A stretch of 51,863 bases of DNA, taken from a virus (Duplodnaviria; Caudoviricetes). The stretch spans positions 1 through 51,863 of the IMG/VR virus record IMGVR_UViG_3300027855_000001. One strand, 5' to 3'. This document shows, one piece after another, positions 1-9,044 of the stretch; the first letter of the stretch is position 1, and each line of letters opens with the position of its first letter. Below the pieces are notes generated by a model. It worked only from the letters and a program-made list of their open reading frames with translations, did no database searches and was not told where the DNA came from. The position numbers were made by a program, and so were the translations under genes.

Positions 1-99
1 GGGGGTGGGGGTGGCGGCAAAGTCACAGTGTGGCGGAAAGGACACGTTGCCGTTCAGCCACAGTGGCATGGATGCAACACCTGTTGCCCAAAAGCCACC
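1..99. repeat. 99-bp exact terminal direct repeat (copy at 51765-51863); probably a circular-assembly overlap
   Basis: Bases 1-99 match 51765-51863 exactly; 99 is a common assembler k-mer length. Confidence 0.9.
10..99. promoter_or_regulatory. Array of five 18-bp imperfect palindromes, consensus TGT(G/T)GC-N6-GC(C/A)ACA
   Basis: Units at 10-27 GGTGGC-GGCAAA-GTCACA, 29-46 TGTGGC-GGAAAG-GACACG, 45-62 CGTTGC-CGTTCA-GCCACA, 62-79 AGTGGC-ATGGAT-GCAACA, 82-99 TGTTGC-CCAAAA-GCCACC. Confidence 0.7.
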
Positions 100-112
100 A
101 CGAAAATGTGAT

Positions 113-141
113 TGGACAAGCCGAGTGCGCTGTGGTAGCGT
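113..141 (+). promoter_or_regulatory. Putative sigma70 early promoter
   Basis: TGGACA-17 bp-TAGCGT upstream of the first + strand gene. Confidence 0.5.
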
Positions 142-222
142 TCATACGTCGTGACGCGATGTCGCCGTCACACAACTAGACCTTACGAGATCAATGGCGC
201 TAAGGCGCAAAGGAGCTAAGCT

Positions 223-390
223 ATGACATGGGATCAATTCCAGGCCGATGTGATACGCATACTAGGTGAGTTCAACGTGGGATATGGAGAGGCATCTGAG
301 TTGTATTCATTCCACACTGCCTATCACGACGGGCAAATGACACCGCGCGAGGCTGTGGTTGATTGCGTTGAATGGCTTGGTTGGGCATAG
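223..390 (+). CDS. Small early protein, 55 aa (MTWDQFQADV...VEWLGWA); not in ORF track
   Basis: AAGGAG RBS upstream of ATG; open frame translated by hand. Confidence 0.7.
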   Translation: MTWDQFQADVIRILGEFNVGYGEASELYSFHTAYHDGQMTPREAVVDCVEWLGWA

Positions 391-476
391 ATCGAAACGC
401 CTAGCAATAGGCGCCGCGTGGTAATGCCACGCCTGATGAGATCAGCAACAGTCCTACGGGACAGATGGAGAGAGCT

Positions 477-806
477 ATGGCAAAGGAAGATTGGCGCACG
501 TTGGACGAGCAGGCTCTGATTAATGCGATTGGCACTGAGTTGGGCGCGGTGCAATGGGCGAACTATCAAGCGAGTAAGGAAGCGTACCGCGCCTACAAGG
601 TGACGCGTGATCTATTCGAGGCGGGGATGCAAGACGCATTCAGGGCCAAGTTGCCGGAGGGTGTGGAATTGAAGTTCGGTTATAACTTCGGCAAGCTCTC
701 CATCGCGGTAGGGCCGGTGAGCGAGAGGAAGGCGCAGCCAAAGGCGGAGAGTGAGAGCCTGGGGGATTGGCTGGCCTCGCAAGCGAGTAGCGGACAACGC
801 TGCTAA
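477..806 (+). CDS. Hypothetical early protein
   Basis: GGAGAG RBS before ATG 477; G-rich codon usage like neighbouring genes. Confidence 0.75.
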   Translation: MAKEDWRTLDEQALINAIGTELGAVQWANYQASKEAYRAYKVTRDLFEAGMQDAFRAKLPEGVELKFGYNFGKLSIAVGPVSERKAQPKAESESLGDWLASQASSGQRC

Positions 807-895
807 TACTCTAGCCTCTCAGATATGAAATGGGAATAGCGCGGTCATACCCGGGCTTTTCTCGTTGTAAGCTAACGCAAACGCGGAGCAAGGCC

Positions 896-1051
896 ATGTA
901 CAAGTCACTTGATTGGTTCAGCGGCGCTTATGACGGCAAGCAATGGCACGATCTAGGGCCGTTTGAGACAAAGCAAGAGGCGTTAGAAGCCGCTCAGGCT
1001 ATCGCGCCTAACGGCGGTTACTACGTGTTTGAGCGGATCAAACTGGATTAG
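896..1051 (+). CDS. Hypothetical early protein
   Basis: GGAG RBS before ATG 896 within ORF 830..1051. Confidence 0.65.
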   Translation: MYKSLDWFSGAYDGKQWHDLGPFETKQEALEAAQAIAPNGGYYVFERIKLD

Positions 1052-1204
1052 GCGCAATCGGTCAGGGAGCGGCGCCCATGCGCCAAGGCGCAGTCCGGTA
1101 GGGCAGTAGCGGCCCGCCCCGCGAAACACACCAGCGACGATCTGTGGCCGATTGCGGGGCATCGTGACGCGGGGCGAGTGAGCGGCAACACAACGGAGCG
1201 AACA

Positions 1205-1402
1205 ATGGAAACGTTAGAGTTTAATTACGAACAAGAGACAGCGGAGTTTGTAAATGTTTACAGTCTGCTGAAATGGATACGTGATCTACATACTGAACTA
1301 ACTAACACCGGCTGCTTACCGGATCATATCTCAACCGAGACGCATCAGCAGTTAATGATCTTGGCAAAGATCGCTGATGCCATTGTCTCTAACCTAACCT
1401 AA
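1205..1402 (+). CDS. Hypothetical protein
   Basis: GGAG RBS before ATG 1205. Confidence 0.6.
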   Translation: METLEFNYEQETAEFVNVYSLLKWIRDLHTELTNTGCLPDHISTETHQQLMILAKIADAIVSNLT

Positions 1403-1413
1403 GGACCTTACAC

Positions 1414-1548
1414 ATGAGATGGCCAATCAAACTCGGGGTTGCCTACAATCAACGCGGCCAGGATAAATCAATCCTGCTGCTTGGGATCGTGGCAGGGTAC
1501 ATCGTGGTGGTGTATGTGATGCTGAGGTGTGGGATTTATTGGCGATAG
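1414..1548 (+). CDS. Small membrane protein, 44 aa; not in ORF track
   Basis: AAGGA RBS; hydrophobic segment ILLLGIVAGYIVVVYVML. Confidence 0.55.
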   Translation: MRWPIKLGVAYNQRGQDKSILLLGIVAGYIVVVYVMLRCGIYWR

Positions 1549-1557
1549 GAGAGGGAA

Positions 1558-1764
1558 ATGAGCAAGCCTTTTGAACTTAACAAAAGCTACAGGACAAAGG
1601 AAGGTGACTACGTCACTGTACTTGTATGTGACAACACACCTGGATATGAATACGTCCTTGGTGATGATAACATATGTAGATACAATCGCGACCAGGATCG
1701 TGGGCGTGTTACGGGATCAGGTTTCGACATGACATACCGACGTAACTTAATACCCGACGAATAG
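1558..1764 (+). CDS. Hypothetical protein
   Basis: GGAGAGG RBS; 68-aa ORF. Confidence 0.7.
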   Translation: MSKPFELNKSYRTKEGDYVTVLVCDNTPGYEYVLGDDNICRYNRDQDRGRVTGSGFDMTYRRNLIPDE

Positions 1765-1814
1765 GCAATCACCACGACCTCACGGAAATGTTACCCAGGT
1801 CACGAAAAGTTTAC

Positions 1815-1843
1815 TTGCAGTTGATCGCGTGAGGGAGTACACT
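1815..1843 (+). promoter_or_regulatory. Putative sigma70 promoter
   Basis: TTGCAG-17 bp-TACACT, intergenic. Confidence 0.5.
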
Positions 1844-1887
1844 TAACAGGTAGGTTGAAGTTCGACGCTTGAAACGGAGGAACTTGC

Positions 1888-2085
1888 ATGAGCAAATATA
1901 CATTCGACGTACAAAGCGACCCTGACAATGATGATGGTTCGTGTAGCATCTTCATTGATAACGGGTTAGGTTCAGGGGCCGAGGTATGTGGTAAGATCGC
2001 CTCACCTAAAGTTGCAACCTTCATCGCAGCTTACCTCAACACCTTACAACAAGACCAGATCAAAGAGGTCTGGGATATTTCATAA
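1888..2085 (+). CDS. Hypothetical protein
   Basis: GGAGG RBS; 65-aa ORF. Confidence 0.7.
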   Translation: MSKYTFDVQSDPDNDDGSCSIFIDNGLGSGAEVCGKIASPKVATFIAAYLNTLQQDQIKEVWDIS

Positions 2086-2144
2086 TTCCTTGAGAGGCGC
2101 AAATGCCTCTCGTTAATCCCTTTGCTGGCATAAGGAGAGAGGTC

Positions 2145-2231
2145 ATGGCACCGTACACTGTTTGGATGTTTTCCTACTATGATCTGTTGTACTACAATAT
2201 TAGAACTTGCATCGACCTGAGCGAGATTTAA
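2145..2231 (+). CDS. 28-aa mini-ORF flanked by the 13-bp direct repeat TTAATCCCTTTGC
   Basis: AAGGAGAGAGG RBS; repeats at 2113-2125 and 2232-2244. Confidence 0.45.
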   Translation: MAPYTVWMFSYYDLLYYNIRTCIDLSEI

Positions 2232-2299
2232 TTAATCCCTTTGCAACGGATAGCCGAAGGGCCGACGGCTTAATGATCGGTTCACAGGAGACGATACCA

Positions 2300-3001
2300 A
2301 TGGGTATGATTGTGGAAGTGCCGATCCCCAAGGCTGGTGCAGGGGTGACGTTCAAGATTGACGTGGATATCCTGGCGAGTAATGATTTCCCATTGCCGGT
2401 TTATCTGGAGATTTGCTTGCAAGGGTGTAAGACCCTGCTCAATCGTGGGCAGAGCAAGCTCAAGAGCAGCAAGGGCCTAGAAGGGAAGGCCAAGGAAGAT
2501 GCGGTGAAGGCCATACTGGAGATCGTGCAGAAGCAATACGATGCAATGCTTGCTGGTGAGACGCGGATCACTGGTGGCAAGGCGAAGCTGAAGGGCGTGG
2601 AACGGGAAGTCAAGGCAGAGGCAATGCGCCTTGCACGGCTCGCAGTTCGCGATGCGATCAAGGCGAGCGGTGGGAAGATCAGTCATTACTCCGCGAAGAA
2701 GATCACTGAGGCTGCGGAGGAGGTCCTCGCGGATGAAGAGCGTGGGCCGCAGTTTATGGAGATCGCGAAGGCGAATGTTGCCAAGCGGCATGAACTGGAC
2801 GAGCCTGCGGCAACGACCGACGAGGCCAAGGCGAAGGGCTCTGCGTTGATTGATGCCCTTGGCCTGAAGGCGGACCCGAAGCTGGTGGCCAAGGCGGAGA
2901 AGAGTGCTGCGGAGAAGAAGGCGAAGAAGGGAGAGAAGGTCCCTGCGGGGGTTATGGCGACGGCGAAGCCCCAGGGTCAGCAGAGCCACGCGAAGCATTA
3001 A
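2300..3001 (+). CDS. Lys/Ala-rich helical protein, possibly DNA-binding
   Basis: AGGAG RBS before ATG 2300; basic K/A-rich C-terminus. Confidence 0.75.
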   Translation: MGMIVEVPIPKAGAGVTFKIDVDILASNDFPLPVYLEICLQGCKTLLNRGQSKLKSSKGLEGKAKEDAVKAILEIVQKQYDAMLAGETRITGGKAKLKGVEREVKAEAMRLARLAVRDAIKASGGKISHYSAKKITEAAEEVLADEERGPQFMEIAKANVAKRHELDEPAATTDEAKAKGSALIDALGLKADPKLVAKAEKSAAEKKAKKGEKVPAGVMATAKPQGQQSHAKH

Positions 3002-3014
3002 GGAAGGCTAACCA

Positions 3015-3311
3015 GTGAACGGGTATACACTCTATTTGCTACACATATCTCCACGCTATAAACACGCCCAGCACTATTTGGGAGTGACGCGCGGTGGTAG
3101 GAGTGTTGCCCTTCGCTGGTTAGAACACATGCAAGGAAGAGGAGCGGTACTGACAAGACATGCAAGAAAGGCAGGAAGTCAATTAATCCTAACTAGGATA
3201 TGGACCAATGCCCCATTTGCTAATGAGCGTAAGCTCAAAGGCCGTAGTTTAGCACCACTCTGTCCGCTATGTTACCCTAGGGGCAACCCGGCCCCTAGGG
3301 ATTTTGCTTGA
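3015..3311 (+). CDS. GIY-YIG family endonuclease
   Basis: LYLLH...HYLGVT...RWLEH..GRGA pattern. Confidence 0.75.
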   Translation: MNGYTLYLLHISPRYKHAQHYLGVTRGGRSVALRWLEHMQGRGAVLTRHARKAGSQLILTRIWTNAPFANERKLKGRSLAPLCPLCYPRGNPAPRDFA

Positions 3312-3327
3312 AAAGAAGGCTGAAACA

Positions 3328-3960
3328 ATGTCGCTTACCAATGACTACAACGATATCACAGGCGAGTATCGTGATACATCACATCCGCCTCGTGACTTCA
3401 ATCCCTTAACCCAGGAGCAAAACGTGGATACCACCCAGGAGTTACCAGCCGTGAGCAAGCTGCGAGAGGCGTTCGATGCGGCGAAGAATGCAATCGTTGA
3501 AGGGACGGAACTTGCGAAGCTAGTTACAGAGCTTCGTGGGCAAGTGAACTCGCTTCAACTTGAAGTTGGGCGCTTTCAACGCGATATGGAATATCTGCGA
3601 GATCGGAATAAGGAATTGGATGAACAGGTAACGCAGGTTCGACGGCAGAGGGATGAGGCCATTGCTGATGCGAGTGAGCAACGAAGCAGGGTCTTTGCCA
3701 TGCAAGCGCAGATTGACGGCATGGCGAAAGAACGCGACGATGCAATGGTCATGGCCCTGGAATATGAGACCAAGTGGAAGGCCGTTGACGCTCAACTGAA
3801 CAAGCTCAAGGTCCTTTTCGGCGAAGCCTTTGGCGAACCTAAGACTGAGGAGGTTCCTAATAAGGGTGTTCCCCATTACGAAGTCCAGCCCCGGGATGAG
3901 GTTGGGAAGTTCCAAGAGATGCCAAAGGCGTATGACGCCGGAAGCCAGGGTCAATTCTAA
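3328..3960 (+). CDS. Coiled-coil protein
   Basis: Long heptad-rich helical segment. Confidence 0.7.
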   Translation: MSLTNDYNDITGEYRDTSHPPRDFNPLTQEQNVDTTQELPAVSKLREAFDAAKNAIVEGTELAKLVTELRGQVNSLQLEVGRFQRDMEYLRDRNKELDEQVTQVRRQRDEAIADASEQRSRVFAMQAQIDGMAKERDDAMVMALEYETKWKAVDAQLNKLKVLFGEAFGEPKTEEVPNKGVPHYEVQPRDEVGKFQEMPKAYDAGSQGQF

Positions 3961-3967
3961 CCAAGGG

Positions 3968-3999
3968 AGAAGGCCAGGGTTAACAGCCCTGGCCTTTCT
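3968..3999 (+). terminator. Putative intrinsic terminator
   Basis: AAGGCCAGGG-TTAACAG-CCCTGGCCTT hairpin with a short T tail just after the 3960 stop. Confidence 0.6.
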
Positions 4000-4141
4000 A
4001 TATCATGGCAGATACCATGCGCAGCGTGCTAACGCAAGGGGCGGAACGTTACCTTAGAGGAGAATTAAGCCATGAGGAGTTTGCACAAGGCTTAGTCTTA
4101 GCTATCGCTGAAAGCCCTGAATGTCGAGTGGAGGATTTACA

Positions 4142-4294
4142 ATGGCTCGCGGTCAAGTTGACATCGGGGAGTTAGTCAAGCTAATCAAGGGCGTGCCAAC
4201 TCGCGGGCAGATGAAACCCGTTCACCGCTACATCGAAAAATCCCGGCCTCCGGCGAAGGCGACTACGAAGAAAAGCGAAAGCCGCGAGGCATAA
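4142..4294 (+). CDS. Small basic protein, 50 aa; not in ORF track
   Basis: GGAGG RBS; MARGQVDIGELVKLIKG... Confidence 0.55.
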   Translation: MARGQVDIGELVKLIKGVPTRGQMKPVHRYIEKSRPPAKATTKKSESREA

Positions 4295-4452
4295 TCGCCT
4301 TTCCTGATTTTCCCACGAACCTAAGATGGCCAAACCTCACCGTTTGGCCATTCTCATTTCCTCTGCCCTGCGCTTCCCACAACCTTACCTGCGCCAAAAG
4401 GCGCCAGAGGCGAATGTAAGTTACGCCAAAGCCATCGCAAAAGGCTCACCAC

Positions 4453-4714
<262 letters not shown>

Positions 4715-4976
4715 TGTGCTGGCCGGGCCTGCCAGGGGTAAGGTCCGCCATTGCCATCGCAATCGGGCGGTCATGTACCCAGGCGTAGGCCGCTTTAGGC
4801 CACCTTGGGTTTGAGTCTGCAACAATTTGGCCGACCTGCCACCCACCATCGGGCCCGGGCAGAGTGATCCTGCTTCGTGGCAAATCGGCCACACATGAGG
4901 CGCAGCCTTCTCCATACCCATCCCAGGAAACCTGCTCCGCGAGAACGCGAATTATTTGCTTTGCAAGCGAATGTTC

Positions 4977-5005
4977 TTGACATTGAGGCGGAAATGGGTT
5001 ATACT
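4977..5005 (+). promoter_or_regulatory. Strong sigma70 promoter for the middle/replication operon
   Basis: TTGACA-17 bp-TATACT. Confidence 0.85.
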
Positions 5006-5057
5006 GTTGGGACAATGAGGAGTGTCTTGTCTCCTCCTTGCTTAAAGGGCTAATCCC

Positions 5058-5447
5058 ATGAGTGACAGTTACCAAGCGATTTATGATGCTGTTCGAAGTC
5101 GTATCAGCGGTGGTAACATTAGCGAAGTTGTCAGTGATGCACTTCGCAACGCCTTCGACTTCTCGTCCGCGCGTGAAATGTTACAACAGCAAATATACGC
5201 TGTTGGTTACGAGATGGCAAGACCTTCAGTGATCTTCAAACCTACCTTAAGTGAGGATGGAGATCATTGGTGCGCGTTATACGGAGAAGATTTAGCAACT
5301 GGAGTATGCGCCTTCGGCAAAACACCAGAGGCTGCAATGGTTGCCTTTGACAAAGCTTGGCATATTCAAAAGACCACCTCTGCAATGAAAGCAGAAGAAG
5401 TTGCTGAAGAACAAGCAGCCAATGGTCAATTTGGAGTGGGGGCGTAG
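5058..5447 (+). CDS. Hypothetical phage protein
   Basis: 129-aa ORF directly after the promoter. Confidence 0.75.
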   Translation: MSDSYQAIYDAVRSRISGGNISEVVSDALRNAFDFSSAREMLQQQIYAVGYEMARPSVIFKPTLSEDGDHWCALYGEDLATGVCAFGKTPEAAMVAFDKAWHIQKTTSAMKAEEVAEEQAANGQFGVGA

Positions 5448-5449
5448 CC

Positions 5450-5896
5450 ATGACCCTCTCCCTCTACACCCTCCACTCCACCACCGCCGAAGGCGAGTTC
5501 ATCATTCAAAAGTTCGACACCGACTACCGCTGTGAGAGCGTGTACGCGATGACCTCAACCACCTGCATGTGCCCACAAGGGGCCAAGCCCACCTGTCGTC
5601 ATCGGAAGATGTTTCCATTGTTCCTCAAGCACGGCCACATCGGCGATGGGTGGTTCTTGGAATGGGACACGCGGATGTGGAGGAAGCCAATCATCGAACC
5701 CGAGGAGATGGTATCTCGTCCCTCGGTTGGCGAGGAGGCCCTCACACCTCCTTCGCCTGGGGCGGATCAACCCTCGCCAGAGGCTACGCCCCCTTCGCCA
5801 CCGGAGGGGCCACAGTCGCCCCAAGCAGCCGAAGCCGCACCAGCCAGCCCGGTGGGGGTTGGTGCACCCATTGTCAAACGGAGACGAATATCATGA
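5450..5896 (+). CDS. SWIM-type zinc-finger protein with Pro-rich tail
   Basis: CMC-x7-CRH; ends VKRRRIS. Confidence 0.7.
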   Translation: MTLSLYTLHSTTAEGEFIIQKFDTDYRCESVYAMTSTTCMCPQGAKPTCRHRKMFPLFLKHGHIGDGWFLEWDTRMWRKPIIEPEEMVSRPSVGEEALTPPSPGADQPSPEATPPSPPEGPQSPQAAEAAPASPVGVGAPIVKRRRIS

Positions 5897-6117
5897 TCAA
5901 ATTCAAAGCCACTAACCTTAACGGTGAAGGCAGTTATAATGGCACTCACGAGGATTTAGGTGAGTGTTTAGTAAGCAAGTTTGAGATTGACGGCGTGGAG
6001 TTTTACTCTGTTGTTCCAAAGAACTCCACTCAAACCCAGCGCATGGAGAACGATAGTGCATGCGCAGCAGAGTATGGATACAAGATTGATTACGATAGCA
6101 CGGAGGAAGCGCTGTGA
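5893..6117 (+). CDS. Hypothetical protein (MIKFKATNLNG...)
   Basis: ATGA overlap with the previous stop; GGAG RBS. Confidence 0.65.
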   Translation: MIKFKATNLNGEGSYNGTHEDLGECLVSKFEIDGVEFYSVVPKNSTQTQRMENDSACAAEYGYKIDYDSTEEAL

Positions 6118-6425
6118 AATCCCCTCCCCTCTGCCCCTCAATCTTCCGCTCCGCCGATACCCTCTACCTCGACTTCGGCTCCATGCTCCTCCCCTTCCCC
6201 TTCACCGAAGGTGGCCTTGGCAAAGCCCTTGCCCATATCCCCAACATCTCCGGCCCGCGTGGCGGCCACCTCACCGGCCAGAGCAACTTTCCCAAGGTCG
6301 TCAGTCTGAAAGGCCATGTCGCGAAGGTCACCAAGTTCAAAGGCCGACGGCCGATCCTAGACCTCCCAGATGGAATGCGCGAGGCAGCTTTAGCTGTGGT
6401 GAAACGTAGAGGAATGGGAAAATAG
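6114..6425 (+). CDS. Hypothetical protein
   Basis: GTGA overlap; GGAGG RBS. Confidence 0.7.
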   Translation: MKSPPLCPSIFRSADTLYLDFGSMLLPFPFTEGGLGKALAHIPNISGPRGGHLTGQSNFPKVVSLKGHVAKVTKFKGRRPILDLPDGMREAALAVVKRRGMGK

Positions 6426-6427
6426 TC

Positions 6428-6634
6428 ATGCCAGAGAATTGGTCAGTTGACGAAGAAAATCCTTGGAAACCGCGTAAGTTAATCCCATCCAATGGCCCAA
6501 CCACGCACCCTGACCCACGGATGCATCTCTCAATAAGTGACATGGCTTTATTGAGCGGCCAATCGGGTAACGATTTAGCACAACTATCTCAATCAGAACT
6601 GGCCGTGGTCAAGCATAGGGGGATGGGGAAATGA
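6428..6634 (+). CDS. Hypothetical protein sharing its C-terminus with the upstream gene product
   Basis: LAVVKHRGMGK versus LAVVKRRGMGK. Confidence 0.6.
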   Translation: MPENWSVDEENPWKPRKLIPSNGPTTHPDPRMHLSISDMALLSGQSGNDLAQLSQSELAVVKHRGMGK

Positions 6635-6828
6635 GCATTGCTACAATCGACAGGGCAACGTACTTTACTTTACTTTACAATACCACCACTCGCTATTTGA
6701 GGAAGGGATTTTCTCTTAAAGAAGCTGAACAGCGCGCACAGGAGTTGATGGATAACGCCTTCGAGCGCCCAAATGCCACCGATCGCGCTAATGAGACCGA
6801 CCAAAAGGAGTCCGGCATCTATGGCTGA
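6631..6828 (+). CDS. Hypothetical protein
   Basis: ATGA overlap in a gene chain. Confidence 0.6.
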   Translation: MSIATIDRATYFTLLYNTTTRYLRKGFSLKEAEQRAQELMDNAFERPNATDRANETDQKESGIYG

Positions 6829-7123
6829 CATCACCGAAGACCAACAGCGAGCCGCTGAGCGGGTTGTCGCGGACGCTTTGGCCCAGCCTACCATCTCTTC
6901 CCTCCTCGCCAACACCGACGCCGCCGAGAACCACGACCACGCCTACATCGCCTCCTACCTCCTCAACGTCTACAACGACGCCCTTCGCCGGCTTACCAAT
7001 CGCGATGTCTGGGGCCCGGATGACGCCATGCGCTTTTTCAAAATGTTCGCCCTGGTGATGGAAATCGCAAGCCCCAAGCTAAAGGCTGAGACCTTCGCCC
7101 CGAAGGGGAAGCCAACGCGATGA
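6821..7123 (+). CDS. Hypothetical protein
   Basis: AAGGAG RBS before ATG 6821. Confidence 0.7.
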   Translation: MADITEDQQRAAERVVADALAQPTISSLLANTDAAENHDHAYIASYLLNVYNDALRRLTNRDVWGPDDAMRFFKMFALVMEIASPKLKAETFAPKGKPTR

Positions 7124-7458
7124 GTGAACCCTTCCTCATCCTCCACAAAGTCCGCGGCGCCCCCGCCTTTGACATAGCGGAGCAGATGATTGTAGAGGGC
7201 TACGACGAACCTTGGTGGATCATCCCCACGAGTGGGCATAGGGCATACCCCTGGTGGTGGGTTGAGATTAACGATGTCCCTGACATTCAATGTTTACTTG
7301 ATAGCACACCATCCGGCCTGCCAGATAACTGGCCCGACCACTACCAAGCCTCCGAGGCCCGCTCCCGTCTCGCAACCGCCGCTGGCGATCTCCTCTCCCT
7401 TATCGGCCTTGGAAAGGCGAAGCCCCAGGAGCCAGTTAAGCGCCGAGTCATTCCATGA
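7120..7458 (+). CDS. Hypothetical protein
   Basis: ATGA overlap; ends PVKRRVIP. Confidence 0.75.
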   Translation: MSEPFLILHKVRGAPAFDIAEQMIVEGYDEPWWIIPTSGHRAYPWWWVEINDVPDIQCLLDSTPSGLPDNWPDHYQASEARSRLATAAGDLLSLIGLGKAKPQEPVKRRVIP

Positions 7459-7547
7459 ACCAATTCTATAACTGGTATATAGCCTTCGGCTCCACCTGTG
7501 GTATCATCGCCCTTATCCTCGTAACCCTCGACATGAACCTCCCATGA
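7455..7547 (+). CDS. 30-aa membrane peptide; not in ORF track
   Basis: ATGA overlaps at both ends; hydrophobic GIIALILVTL. Confidence 0.5.
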   Translation: MNQFYNWYIAFGSTCGIIALILVTLDMNLP

Positions 7548-7924
7548 AAATGTGCATCTCCATCATCCACCTTGGTCGCTACAAGATCGACATGCTCGAC
7601 GACGACAATAAAATCGTCAGAGGCTACGACTGCGGCCTCGCAGGTGTCCTCGTCGCCCTCAACAATTGGATATTCGTTCCAGAGCATGTTGCTTATCAAG
7701 CGGATCAACGTAAGTCATCTGATGAACTTGGAAGGGAAGCTATTCTTAAACTGGCCAGCGATCCTACAATCAATCCCAGAGGCCTGCCTGTCAACGCTAG
7801 ATACCCAGGGCGTGTCACATCAAGCACCACTGAATGCAAGCACCCCAAATGCCCATTCCCAGCCAAATGCCATAACGGCTGCGTAGATCAACAACCAATT
7901 ACCTTGGTTACTACTCATGACTAA
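7544..7924 (+). CDS. Hypothetical protein with C-terminal Cys cluster
   Basis: CKHPKCPFPAKCHNGC. Confidence 0.6.
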   Translation: MKMCISIIHLGRYKIDMLDDDNKIVRGYDCGLAGVLVALNNWIFVPEHVAYQADQRKSSDELGREAILKLASDPTINPRGLPVNARYPGRVTSSTTECKHPKCPFPAKCHNGCVDQQPITLVTTHD

Positions 7925-8180
7925 GCCTCCCCCCAACCGCCTCGACTACCAAACCCTCGGCGGGGATTTCTCTCCCACCATTACCTTCTCCCAACTCATC
8001 GAGTTCTGCCGACTGGCGCAGGAGGACTTTCGCGAGCTGGCCTCTTGGGCCAAGCTCCACGAGACCCACGTGAAGGCGAAGGCTTGGATGCAACTTGCTG
8101 ATAACTTCGAAAAGATCATCGCCGTGCTGACGCATCTGGCGAAGGGGAAGACGAAGACGAGCATAGGGTATCAACAATGA
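7917..8180 (+). CDS. Hypothetical protein (paralog of 8660..8887)
   Basis: TFSQLIEFCRLAQE motif. Confidence 0.7.
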   Translation: MTKPPPNRLDYQTLGGDFSPTITFSQLIEFCRLAQEDFRELASWAKLHETHVKAKAWMQLADNFEKIIAVLTHLAKGKTKTSIGYQQ

Positions 8181-8377
8181 CCGATCCATACACACCAACC
8201 GATAATGATCTTGCTTTGGCTACACGAATTAGGCATCTTGCATCGGAGTTGGAGTTTGCTTTACAAGAAGGATCAAACCGAGGTTGGAGTGTTGAAATAA
8301 GAATGGAATGGATAGGGGCAATGTCATATATCAGACGGCCCCTAGCTGTTTCTATTACGAGGTCAATCTCCATATGA
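8177..8377 (+). CDS. Hypothetical protein
   Basis: ATGA overlap. Confidence 0.6.
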   Translation: MTDPYTPTDNDLALATRIRHLASELEFALQEGSNRGWSVEIRMEWIGAMSYIRRPLAVSITRSISI

Positions 8378-8465
8378 CCCCTCACGGCGATCCCCTCCTG
8401 GCCCTCGCCATCCTCACCTTCTGGGCCTTCATCATCTTCTGCGCTTGGAAAGATAGGAACCGGAC

Positions 8466-8663
8466 ATGAGCATCCAAAAGGATATGGAACGTCTTGTTAA
8501 TGAAGCAATGGACGCAATGGAGACAGTCCGTGAAAAGCTCATGGACTTGATTGAGTTAAATCCAGCCTTAGGTACAATTGTTAATGATAGCGCTTCTGCT
8601 TTTGTTAAGGCAAACACCGCCTTGGAAGACATTCTATCTGCGGTTGAGGATATTGACGCATGA
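8466..8663 (+). CDS. Small acidic helical protein
   Basis: AGGA RBS; in gene chain. Confidence 0.65.
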   Translation: MSIQKDMERLVNEAMDAMETVREKLMDLIELNPALGTIVNDSASAFVKANTALEDILSAVEDIDA

Positions 8664-8887
8664 GCAGGCTCCCAGTCAAGACCGAGGCGGAAATATTCAG
8701 TCACCTACTTGAGCAGTTGCGCTTGGCCGAAGAGGCCTCCTACACCCTCGGCCATTTCTACAAAGCCCAAGACGACTTCGAACACGGTCAGGGGTTCCTC
8801 GCGGTGGGTGAAATGTTCAAGATGAGCCAAACGAATGTCATCAATATCGCAACGAAATCGATGCGGATCAAAGCGGGGTTTAACTGA
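8660..8887 (+). CDS. Hypothetical protein (paralog of 7917..8180)
   Basis: IFSHLLEQLRLAEE motif; ATGA overlap. Confidence 0.7.
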   Translation: MSRLPVKTEAEIFSHLLEQLRLAEEASYTLGHFYKAQDDFEHGQGFLAVGEMFKMSQTNVINIATKSMRIKAGFN

Positions 8888-9044
8888 TGCGCAAGCTGTA
8901 CTCCTATCGTCTAGGAAGCCCTTGGAGATTTAGCACATGGTGGCCGCCATTCTTTATTGGGCATTACAATCGTGTATCTCCTTTTGGCGTGGATATATGG
9001 CTATGGCGTATTGGCCCTTGGCAATTTGAGTGGAGGTCGGAGTT

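Noticed and set aside
1-99. Terminal repeat as the physical direct terminal repeat of the virion DNA
   Set aside because: The exact 99-bp length matches a common assembler k-mer overlap; true ends need read-terminus analysis
10-99. Palindrome array as a mini-CRISPR
   Set aside because: Units are degenerate, abutting or overlapping, with no spacers
5569-5892. N-terminal extension of ORF 5569..6117
   Set aside because: It overlaps the SWIM gene; ATG 5893 has an RBS and an ATGA overlap
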